A stretch of DNA of 64,000 nt from an uncultured Candidatus Rokubacteria bacterium (GTDB lineage Bacteria; Methylomirabilota; Methylomirabilia; Rokubacteriales; DASRDR01): the NCBI GenBank assembly GCA_963826115.1, contig CAWGVS010000006.1, forward strand, positions 640,001 to 704,000. Reading direction: 5' to 3'. The position numbers were made by a program, and so were the translations under genes. Below are positions 43,696 to 52,142 of the stretch, piece after piece. The stretch's first letter is position 1; the number at the start of each line of letters is the position of its first letter. The notes under the pieces are model-generated. The model ran no database searches. It saw only the letters and a list, made by a program, of their open reading frames with translations, and had not been told where the DNA came from.

Positions 43696-43721
43696 GTTCC
43701 TGGATCAGACCGATCCAGAAC
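43696..43721. repeat. cassette-boundary site 7 (most symmetric copy, one base shorter)
   Basis: GTTCCTGGATC-AGACC-GATCCAGAAC. Confidence 0.65.
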
Positions 43722-43907
43722 GTCGTCGAATCTAACCGCGGTGCCCACACGAAGGCGATTCGGGCAATCCCGGACGCTCTATTCAGCTCGAGTACGGATA
43801 GAAGTGCATCGTAGATATCCACGGGCGAGATTGCAATGAGACACGCCAAGGGCTTAGGGTCCCCAAGGTCGGCTCGACGGAGTGAGTGGCCGTAGGGAAG
43901 GCGACCT

Positions 43908-44862
43908 CTAGGCGTGAAGTCTCACGAGATTGTCCGCACTCGACCGCGACAGGCGGCTGATGGGCGGACGGCCGTGCAGACCGGCATGGTCCCGTTCCAC
44001 ATTGTAGTAGTGCAGCCAGTGGGGCAAGGCCCCGAGGCGCTCGGCCGAGGTCCGGTACGGCCGGATGTAGGCCCACTGGCGCAGCAGGGTCTGGATGAAG
44101 CGCTCGGCCTTGCCGTTCGTCCGGGGCGTGTAGGGGCGTGTCCGGAGATGCCGGATCCGGGCGCTGTGGCAGCACTGGGCGAAGACGTGCGACAGATACC
44201 CCGCGCCGTTATCCGTCAGGAGGCGGCGGACCCGGATGCCCAGGCGGCGGTACCAGGCCAGCGCCCGCCAGAGAAACGCGGTCACGGTCACGCCCTGCTC
44301 ATCGGGCAAGACCTCGACATAGGCGAGCCGCGTCGCGTCATCGACGGCCACGTGGACGTACTCCCAGCCGATGCCGCGGACCCGGGCGCGCCGGTCCCCG
44401 GTGATGCGGTGCCCGATGCGGCCGATCCGCCCGAGTTTCTTGATGTCCAGGTGCACCAGGCCGCCGGGCTCGGTGTACTCGTAGCGCACGACCGGCACGC
44501 GGGGCTCAAGGGCCCGCAGCCGGGCCAGCCGCAGCCGCGTGAGGTACCGGGCGACCGTGGCGGGGCTGAGCTGCAAGGCGCGGGCGATCTGAGCGCCGGT
44601 CCAGCGCTGGCGCCGCAGGCGTTCGATCCACCGCGACGAGCTCGGGGGCGACGGCGGCCGGGGCCCGGCGCGGCCGACAGGAGCGATCCTGCAAGCCGGC
44701 CCGGCCGGCGAGGCGGTATCGCTGGACCCACTTGCGGACGGTGCGGTCGCTGATCCCCAGGGCATCGGCCACGTCGCGAATCGACTCGGCCCCGTGCAGG
44801 ACTCGCTGGACGAGACGCTCTCGACTGCGCGGGGTGGTCCGGGCATGCTGGTGGATGTTCAT
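43908..44862 (-). CDS. IS481-family DDE transposase, +1 frameshift near 44630
   Basis: MNIHQHARTT, HLDIKKLGRI, AVDDATR, LTDNG, PRTNGKAERFIQT. Confidence 0.9.
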
Positions 44863-44950
44863 CCGAGCCTCCTGGCTGTGAAGGGTGGCGGCGTCGCAAC
44901 CACCAGCCTTCCAGACGAGGCTCGGGTGAACAACCTCCTGAGAGTTCACA
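43913..44950 (-). mobile_element. IS481-family insertion sequence (1038 bp)
   Basis: 23-bp imperfect terminal inverted repeats (CGTGAAGTCTCACGAGATTGTCC vs TGTGAACTCTCAGGAGGTTGTTC); TCTAGG target duplication at 43907-43912 and 44951-44956. Confidence 0.92.
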
Positions 44951-45075
44951 TCTAGGCGTGTCCAGAAGCCAGTCCACGTGGGCTTGTGCGCCGATAGGCC
45001 AGCGTCGGCGAGATGCCGAACGCTGACCTCCGGGGGAACCTCGATGATCCGATGATTGACCCGCGCCCCTGACTG

Positions 45076-45966
45076 TCAGGGCGGGCGCACGGCAGCCAGG
45101 GCGATCCTCCAGCAGGCGAGCACGAGCGCGCCGGCGGCGAGGGCCAGGAGCCACTGACTCGACCGGCCGAGTGGTTGGCGCTGTGCCAGTGCCGGGCCAA
45201 TGCCCAGGAGGCCTCCAACGAGGAGGCCAAAGACGTGGGCGAGTACATCTGACCCCGGCGCGGTCCCGAGCATACCGAGCAGCGCGAGGCTGGCGGCCAT
45301 TACCACCCAGCCCTTGTGCACCGACGCCCGGTCCCGCCCGCGCGCTACGTACTGGCGAGCGGCCAGAATGCCGAGGGCGCCGAAGATGGCGGTCGAGGCG
45401 CCGACTGAGACGGACGACGGCCCATGCGCGAGCGCCGTCAGCGCGTTTCCCCCCGCCCCGGCCAGTAGCACGAGCCATGTGCCCACGCCTGGCCCGAGCC
45501 ACCAGGCCACCGCGGTGACGAACACCAGGCAGGCGAGGGCGTTGCTGAGCACGTGGGCGAGGTCGGCATGGAGTGTCAGGGCGGTCACTGTGCGCCATAC
45601 CTCACCGGACAGAATCGGCTGGGCAGCAGCACTGCCTCGGTCGAACCAGAGGTTGGATCCACGTGGGCCGGTGACCGCAAAGAACCCAACCAGCAGCACG
45701 GCGATCACCCCCCCGATCCAGGTGGTGCCGTAGGGGGGCGGGGAGGGATCACTCGGCGCCTCGTCGCGGTTCTCCCGGTCATACTCGGCCAGCGCGCTGC
45801 TCGCCCGTTCAGCATCACCCGCCGCGACCATCACCATCCAGCCGGCGTCAGTCGGCTCCAGGCGGTGAGCAATCCCATTCGACGCCAACACGACCGCGCA
45901 CTCCTCCGCCCGCTTCGCACTCGGGGTCACACACACGGCGGCCTCACTCGGTTTATCGGTCGTCAT
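45076..45966 (-). CDS. rhomboid family intramembrane serine protease
   Basis: WRTVTALTLH..HVLSN, GASTA, AHVFG. Confidence 0.88.
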   Translation of the reverse strand: MTTDKPSEAAVCVTPSAKRAEECAVVLASNGIAHRLEPTDAGWMVMVAAGDAERASSALAEYDRENRDEAPSDPSPPPYGTTWIGGVIAVLLVGFFAVTGPRGSNLWFDRGSAAAQPILSGEVWRTVTALTLHADLAHVLSNALACLVFVTAVAWWLGPGVGTWLVLLAGAGGNALTALAHGPSSVSVGASTAIFGALGILAARQYVARGRDRASVHKGWVVMAASLALLGMLGTAPGSDVLAHVFGLLVGGLLGIGPALAQRQPLGRSSQWLLALAAGALVLACWRIALAAVRPP

Positions 45967-46746
45967 TGATGCAGCCTGAGCTGGACGATGATGGGGTGGT
46001 TCGGCACGATCGGCCATCGCTTAGCCCTGATCCGAAAGTAACTCACGCAGTTAGCACATGGCCACGCGCCCGGAGAGGGTCTGGGTCGCAGAGATCTCGG
46101 TCGGTCTGCCCGGGAGCCACAGCGACACCGCGCCAAAACCATAGCGCGGCGCCGTCTGAGCGGACAAGGGCGTCGGGAGATCGAAGGGATGCCCCGAACC
46201 TGCCCTGCAGGGGCCGGGGAACGGAGGGGGACCGCGGCACCTGGGCGTGCTCGAGTGCCGGTCAGGCGGCCGAGACCGGTCGCCCCGGCGGCGGGTCGGC
46301 GGCAAAATCGAGCGCGTGAGGAGCCGGCGTACGGTGTGACTCGACATTTACGAGCGGTGCTGGCCGGCGGCCCCACCAGCAGCGTTGTGGCCCTATGTCA
46401 GCCGTCCGAGCGACCGGGGGCCTGTGGAGCCAGCGCTGCGCGGCTCGGACGACTGGCCTCTTCGGCAGCCTGAATCTCGTCTGCGGATCCCCGGGCTACC
46501 TCCTCATCGACCCGCCGGCCTGGCGCGGTTCTGGCGCCCGAAACTGGCCGTTTGTCCGGCGTCTGGACAAAGGCTGTCCTCGTTGTTACGCCTGTCGGGT
46601 CACGGCAGAACCCCGCGGAAGTTCAGCGTACAAAGGCGTTCGAATCCCGTTGGAGCCACCACCGGCGTGATGGCGAGAGTCCCGGTCGAAGAGCCGATTC
46701 GAACCCGCGCACCACGTTGACGCGCTAGGGGCGGCGCTGCCCAGGC

Positions 46747-46773
46747 ATCCCTAATACCTTGTCTTCCAGGTAC
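46747..46773. repeat. degenerate copy of the 27-bp site
   Basis: ATCCCTAATAC-CTTGT-CTTCCAGGTAC (18/27 to consensus), 8 nt past the helicase stop codon. Confidence 0.5.
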
Positions 46774-46781
46774 ATCCGCTA

Positions 46782-49700
46782 CTATGGTCCAGCGGCGGCT
46801 CGGGTCGGTACACCCAACACGCTACGCCACCGCTCGGGTACCGGGCTCTTCAACTTCCAGTGGACGGTGATCGGGCGATCGCCGCTCCAACGAAGGAACT
46901 CGCACTCGCCGCAGTAGAAAAACGGGGCCGCGCGCCCGTCGACTTTCGATGCTTTTCGTACGAAGAGGTGAACGGGGATGCCCCGTTCAACGTGGCGGGC
47001 CAGCTTCTGCTCGGTCGCTCCTCCACGGTGCTGCTTGTTCTGACTCTGCCATTGAAAGCGATCGGGAGCTTCGAAACGATCCTCGTAGCGATGCGCTTTC
47101 GCCTTATCGGATTTGTCGAGCGTGACGAGGAGGATGACTCGGTCATTCTTGAAGATGAACCCCTGGTTCCAGACGGGAGCGTTGTAGACGAGGCCGAAGA
47201 GTGGGGGAATCGCCTCACGTGAATACTGTCGCCACGTCTCAGGTCCCTGGTCCGGAGAGGTCTGCCGACGCAGCGGCACAAGTTGGTACACGTTATCGGC
47301 CGTGGGTTCAAAGGAAACCTGAAAGCTGGTGCCCGGAAGCCCGGCGTCGGGCCCGAACCAGGCCCGGAGAAGGCCAGGTAGCTCGTTCCGTGGGGAGCCG
47401 GGGGCCCGAACTACGTTCACCGCAATCTTGGCGAACTCGGCATGATATTGCCGGCCGTCGATCAGTACTGGGATGTTCCCCATTGGGATGTCGGGCCGCC
47501 CGGAGCGATCAGGGAGAAAGAGGATCGGCCGACTCCCGGCATGGCTGACCTTGCAGATTATGCTCGCCTCGGTCCCCGGCTGCCGCTGCAGGTACTCAGC
47601 AAGGCGCCAGTCCACAAGCTCACGCACAAGTTCCTGGAAGGCCTCTCGGTGAGGCGCCGGAACATCGAAACGACTCCCGAAATGGCCCTCCTGGTAGGCG
47701 AAGTATGGGACGCCGTGTGTACCCGCCCCGCCGGACCAGGCGGCGATCGGATTGATCTCGAGGTGACGGGTCAAGGCGGCAGGATCGGTGAGCGCCGGGC
47801 CGAAGTCCTGCTGAAGCCGTGCAGACCGTCGCGCGAGCTGAGTGACCGTCTGGGCCAGATCGCCAATCGGGACTGTTCCCGGGAGACGATCCTCGTTTAG
47901 CATCGCAAGCAGGACGATCATCTTGTAGCTCTTGGTCATTGGAGTCGTTTCGAGCTCGTCAAGGAACGCTTGGATCGAGGGAGCGCCGACGTGGCCCGTG
48001 ATGGCCCCCTTGACCAGAGTGACCTGGGCCTCGGGGAGGTTACCCATCTGATCCACGAACCGAAGCCACGAGCCGTACGAGCGCCGGACCGTCCGGGGTG
48101 CGTAACCCTCGTGGAACGCTTCGACGGCGCGGGGCCGGATCCCATGACGCTCGCGAAAGTCCTCATACCAGGCTCGGAGGACGTCGGGCGTCTGCATCGG
48201 CAGGAGCGCTCGGAGGATTTCTATCGCGCGAAGCTCATAGGTGACCTCGCAGCCGGGTGGCAGCTCGAGCGAGTGGGCCTCGGCACGGGTCAAGGCTTCG
48301 GCCACCGTGGCCGGCGAGGCGTCGAGCCCCAAGAGCACCTGGGGCTTGAGCAGAAAGATGCGATGATTTCCGATGTAGTCGATGACTGTGAGATGGTCCT
48401 TATGCGCGGCCCTGCGAAGACCTCGACCGAACTGCTGCATCCAGACGATCCGTGACTCCGTGGGACGGAGCATCATGATCGTGTCCACATGGGGAAGGTC
48501 CACACCCTCGTTGAACATGTCCACCGCGAAGATCGCGTCGAGTTCACCCGCCTCCAATCGCTCCAGAGAGGCGGTCCGGGGCGCGCTGGTCGCATCCGAA
48601 TGCACCGCGACGGCTCGAATGCCGGCATTCGTGAAGAAGTCCGTCATGAAGTCGGCATGACGCGTAGAGCTGCAGAAGGCCAAGGTGCGCGACCCAGCGC
48701 GCAGCCGATACTGGTCCAAGGCATTCTGGGCCCTTGACTGAGTTGCCACCGCCTGGGTTAACGCCACCTCGTCGAAACGCGCGCTACGCCAAGGGATGTT
48801 CCGGTAGTCGACCTCGTCAGGGATGCCGAAGTAGTGGAAGGGTGCCAGGAGTCCCCGCCTGATGCCATCCCAGAGGTCACACCGATAGACGAGGTTCTCG
48901 CCGCACAGACCCAGTAGGTCGCCCCCATCCGTTCGTTCCGGCGTTGCGGTCAAGCCGAGGAGAAACCTGGGCTGGAAATGATCGATAAGGCGGCGGTATG
49001 TCGCGGCCGCGGCGTGGTGGAACTCGTCGACAATGATGTAGTCGAAGGCGTCCGGGGGAAACTGGCCCAGGTGACGGACCCGGCCGAGCGTCTGGATGGA
49101 TGCGAACAGCACATCGGCTTCCGGAACCCTCTCATCGCCAGTGTAGAGGCCGAGCGAGGCGGTCGGGCGAATGCGCCGAAATGTCGACAGAGCCTGGGCA
49201 AGGATCTCCTCTCGGTGGGCGACGAAGAGCACTCGGTGATACTCGGGGCGATCGGTATCGAAGGCGGCTAGCCAAGTTTTCCCCAGCCCGGTTGCCAGGA
49301 CGACGAGCCCAGCGGCATTGCCATCGACTCGAGTCCGTTCAAGGGCTGTCAGTGCTTCTCGCTGGACCGCATGCGGCTCGGGCGGGGGTGGCAGAGGCTC
49401 CGGGACCACGTCTACGATTCGTCTCAACTCGGGAGACCGTCGGGCGCTGTACTGGGCGATCCACGCTGCGTCTAGAGGCGTCGTCTTGGGATGCTGGAAG
49501 AGCATTCGGAACGCCGCGACGACCGTGCCGAAGCCGGCCCGGTCACGAGCCGGGACGACACGGTAGTTCCACTCGATCCCGCGCCCGAGCGCGAGCTCGG
49601 AGAGATTGGAGCTACCGACGAAAGCGACGGCGTCGCCGTTGGACCCATGAACGATATAGGCCTTTGGATGGAAACTCTGGCCGGCCGTCACGAACACCCG

Positions 49701-50444
49701 AAGCTCCACTGTGCCCGCAGCTTGGCTGGCGAGAACCGTCAAGTCGAGCAAACGCCTGAGCGCGTTCGGCTCTGTGATGTCGAGGTAGTCGCCGGTCAGC
49801 ACCCGGAGGTGTCCTCCCCTTCGCACGACGTCCTTGAGGTGCTCGTCGATCTGTGTCACTCCGCGTTCAAGAATGAAGGCGACCGCGATGTCAACGCGCA
49901 CGGCGGTAGCCAGGGCGGCTCGCAGATGCGGGAGCAGTGGATCGTCTCCGCCGCGCACCAGTGCCTGCCAATGCGGCGGCCGTATGATGGCTGGCTCCGA
50001 CAGTCCGGTGGGGACGGTCGGCGAAATGGCGATGTAGGGTGCCGCCAGCGCTTCCCGAGCCGCAAGGACATAGTCGGCCTTCTCGGGAATGACATGCCTC
50101 ACCCCGCCGCGCGGGGCTCGCACGTCGCCGTGGTATCGCGGAATCACATGGATGTGCAGATGAGAGATCGTCTGCCCGGCAGCGTCGCCGATGTTCACGC
50201 CGAGGTTGTAGCCATCGGGTTGATGGACACGCTCGATCGCGGCTTTGGCGTCGGAGACCGCGGCCATCAGCTCGATGCGTTCCTCGCTCGTGGCTTCGAA
50301 CCACGACGCCACATGCCGCTGCGGGATGACTAGCGCATGGCCAGGGGAAGCTGGGAAGTGATCCCAAAGACCAAGGACCAGGCGCCCACGATGAAAGAGC
50401 CCATCAATATCCGGGCTGCAGAAGGGGCACCCGGGTTCGGTCAT
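46782..50444 (-). CDS. HIT-PLD nuclease-SF2 helicase-DUF3427 fusion (SauUSI-like restriction/defence protein)
   Basis: CPFC and HLHIH (HIT); HPKAY...GSSNLS (PLD); ATGLGKT, DEFHH, TATP, QQFGRGLR (SF2); Y.DRF...FQWQSQ, HLFVRK (DUF3427-like). Confidence 0.9.
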   Translation of the reverse strand: MTEPGCPFCSPDIDGLFHRGRLVLGLWDHFPASPGHALVIPQRHVASWFEATSEERIELMAAVSDAKAAIERVHQPDGYNLGVNIGDAAGQTISHLHIHVIPRYHGDVRAPRGGVRHVIPEKADYVLAAREALAAPYIAISPTVPTGLSEPAIIRPPHWQALVRGGDDPLLPHLRAALATAVRVDIAVAFILERGVTQIDEHLKDVVRRGGHLRVLTGDYLDITEPNALRRLLDLTVLASQAAGTVELRVFVTAGQSFHPKAYIVHGSNGDAVAFVGSSNLSELALGRGIEWNYRVVPARDRAGFGTVVAAFRMLFQHPKTTPLDAAWIAQYSARRSPELRRIVDVVPEPLPPPPEPHAVQREALTALERTRVDGNAAGLVVLATGLGKTWLAAFDTDRPEYHRVLFVAHREEILAQALSTFRRIRPTASLGLYTGDERVPEADVLFASIQTLGRVRHLGQFPPDAFDYIIVDEFHHAAAATYRRLIDHFQPRFLLGLTATPERTDGGDLLGLCGENLVYRCDLWDGIRRGLLAPFHYFGIPDEVDYRNIPWRSARFDEVALTQAVATQSRAQNALDQYRLRAGSRTLAFCSSTRHADFMTDFFTNAGIRAVAVHSDATSAPRTASLERLEAGELDAIFAVDMFNEGVDLPHVDTIMMLRPTESRIVWMQQFGRGLRRAAHKDHLTVIDYIGNHRIFLLKPQVLLGLDASPATVAEALTRAEAHSLELPPGCEVTYELRAIEILRALLPMQTPDVLRAWYEDFRERHGIRPRAVEAFHEGYAPRTVRRSYGSWLRFVDQMGNLPEAQVTLVKGAITGHVGAPSIQAFLDELETTPMTKSYKMIVLLAMLNEDRLPGTVPIGDLAQTVTQLARRSARLQQDFGPALTDPAALTRHLEINPIAAWSGGAGTHGVPYFAYQEGHFGSRFDVPAPHREAFQELVRELVDWRLAEYLQRQPGTEASIICKVSHAGSRPILFLPDRSGRPDIPMGNIPVLIDGRQYHAEFAKIAVNVVRAPGSPRNELPGLLRAWFGPDAGLPGTSFQVSFEPTADNVYQLVPLRRQTSPDQGPETWRQYSREAIPPLFGLVYNAPVWNQGFIFKNDRVILLVTLDKSDKAKAHRYEDRFEAPDRFQWQSQNKQHRGGATEQKLARHVERGIPVHLFVRKASKVDGRAAPFFYCGECEFLRWSGDRPITVHWKLKSPVPERWRSVLGVPTRAAAGP

Positions 50445-50971
50445 GTACGCTCGCGCACTGGCTGGGAGTGGATTTCGAACTGCCCAGGGAGCCCGGCTGC
50501 TACGCACGCGGCACAGCGCCACTTCCTGACCGGACGCCAGGCGCTCAATTGGAGTTGGCAAACAGGACAGCGGTGGACGTATCGGCGCCGCCGCGCAGTG
50601 ACCGGTTGCGTCCGTGGCGAGGGCGCCGACCATGGGATTCGGCGCCGCGGCTTAAATCCCGCGGTGCGGACTAATTCGACCCATTCGGGACCATGGGGCT
50701 GGCAACGACGGCCGTAGAGATCGCTGGCGGCGAGATGGGCACTTTCGTGGCAGAGCACCTCGAGGAGCAGGTCGACCGGCGCCGCCGCCAGTTCCGTGGA
50801 CAGCCGGACTACGCGGCGCTCAATATGGACCCGTCCCAGTGACCGGCGAAGGCGGTGGCCCCACTCGACTCGAACACTCTGCTCGAAACCAGCGAGCCCC
50901 CAGCGCTCGCCGCAATGTCGGAGCAGCCTCTGAATACGGTCCTCAATACGACGGGTGTCTAGCGCGGGCAT
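50441..50971 (-). CDS. SprT-like zinc metalloprotease
   Basis: HESAH, HGPEW, CPVC..CAAC zinc ribbon; ATGA overlap with the helicase gene. Confidence 0.85.
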   Translation of the reverse strand: MPALDTRRIEDRIQRLLRHCGERWGLAGFEQSVRVEWGHRLRRSLGRVHIERRVVRLSTELAAAPVDLLLEVLCHESAHLAASDLYGRRCQPHGPEWVELVRTAGFKPRRRIPWSAPSPRTQPVTARRRRYVHRCPVCQLQLSAWRPVRKWRCAACVAAGLPGQFEIHSQPVRERT

Positions 50972-51004
50972 ACTGTGGACGCTAGCACACGACGGCCCGT
51001 CAGC

Positions 51005-51153
51005 GTCCTCCATGAGCCTGGGGTGGAGATCCCCTCGGACTACGACGGCGTGGTGTCTGTCCCGCTGGACCCGGCGGCGCGTGGTAGCTCCGCCTGGCCA
51101 AGGAGATGAAGACCGTCGCCTTCAACGACATTGATCTCAACCGCGTGATGTGA
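51005..51153 (+). pseudogene. C-terminal remnant of a TIR-like nucleotide-binding protein
   Basis: GVEIPSDYDGVV.VPLD / AW*LRLAKEMK....IDLNR with a frameshift and a stop. Confidence 0.65.
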
Positions 51154-51323
51154 AGACGCGGGGCGGAGGGGGCTTGATGGTACGGCTTTAGGCCGCGCCC
51201 AGTCGGCCCTGGACGGGGAGGACCCAGGGGAGGAGAGCGCCCCACCAGCCGCACCTACGTCGCGCGAATCCCGTTGGAGCCACCACCGTCCGTCGCCGCC
51301 CGCCACCCCGACCGCGGCGCGGC

Positions 51324-51707
51324 TCAGAGACTCCGCTTCCGCCCTCGCAACCCCCGGCGGCTGCCCTTGCGCTTCACCGGTCGCCCGCCCGCGGGCGGCC
51401 GATCCCGCCCAAAGCTCGGGACGCGCGGCTCGAACGATCGCGGGCCCGCCGAGCGGGCCGGCCGGTCCTCGGCCGCGTTGACCGTCAGCCGGCGCCCCTC
51501 GACTTCGCGGTCGTTGAAGAGCTGGATCGCCGTGGCGGCCTCGGACTCGGAGGCGAACTGGACGAACGCGAAGCCCCGGGGCCGCCCGGTCTCGCGATCC
51601 GAGGGCAGGTAGACCTCGACGACGCTGCCGGCTTCGGACAGGAGCGCGGTCAGCGAATCGGCGGTGGTGCCGAAGGTCAGATTCCCGACGAAGATGCGGG
51701 TCGCGAT
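51324..51707 (-). CDS. RRM RNA-binding protein with ATC start codon (absent from ORF track)
   Basis: RNP2 IFVGNL, RNP1 RGFAFVQF, GRRLTVN; GGAGG SD 8 nt upstream of ATC; in-frame TAA just upstream. Confidence 0.88.
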   Translation of the reverse strand: MATRIFVGNLTFGTTADSLTALLSEAGSVVEVYLPSDRETGRPRGFAFVQFASESEAATAIQLFNDREVEGRRLTVNAAEDRPARSAGPRSFEPRVPSFGRDRPPAGGRPVKRKGSRRGLRGRKRSL

Positions 51708-51771
51708 GGCTGGTTCCTCCCGTGTTGGTTAGAGTCGGAGTGTGTCGATCACCGGCGCTGGTCGCTCAGGC

Positions 51772-52011
51772 TCAGTACTCTTCACGGCGGGCTTCGCGGG
51801 CCGCCGCGGCGGCCCGGATCTCCTCGGCGAACATGCCCACGTGGAGCGGACACGGGGGCGCATTCGCCTCGACGTACTGGCACTCGTCCTGGTTGCACTG
51901 GACGAAGTGCTCGCCCGGTCCCATGAGACGGGTCAACCGCGTCAGCCGGATGAGCACGGGCTCCGACACGACGGGACACCAGAACTCGCGGGGGCGGGAA
52001 CGGCCCGACAA
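51772..52011 (-). CDS. small Cys-rich hypothetical protein
   Basis: FWCPV...CNQDECQY..N.PPCPL; GAGG SD before TTG. Confidence 0.6.
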   Translation of the reverse strand: MSGRSRPREFWCPVVSEPVLIRLTRLTRLMGPGEHFVQCNQDECQYVEANAPPCPLHVGMFAEEIRAAAAAREARREEY

Positions 52012-52142
52012 TCCTCAGGCCTTCACGGCCGGCGGCCGCGCGCGGCGGTGGCCGGCTCGCCCGGCGCCGCGGATCCGTTCAGCCTCGCGGACTGGGAGTC
52101 CCGGGTCGATCCGAGGATCGGCGCCGCAACCACGGCAGGGCT

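Larger units (their letters stand above)
36403..46664. mobile_element. genomic island 1 integrated at tRNA-Glu
   Basis: 27-bp direct repeat GTTCGAATCCCGTTGGAGCCACCACCG at 36403-36429 and 46638-46664; more AT-rich than flanks; no integrase seen. Confidence 0.85.
46638..51289. mobile_element. genomic island 2 (tandem, defence cargo)
   Basis: third tRNA-Glu 3' copy CGAATCCCGTTGGAGCCACCACCGT at 51265-51289. Confidence 0.85.

Noticed and set aside
37978-43721. 27-bp repeats as a CRISPR array
   Set aside because: Spacing is 269-1867 bp and contains whole genes; the repeats are degenerate; no cas genes.
37978-43721. 27-bp repeats as classical attC or pdif sites
   Set aside because: No RYYYAAC/GTTRRRY ends or long hairpin; no XerD TTATGT arm; orientation is direct, not alternating.
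46638-46664. additional tRNA genes at 46638 and 51265
   Set aside because: Only the T-arm/acceptor 3' portion is present; these are att duplications.
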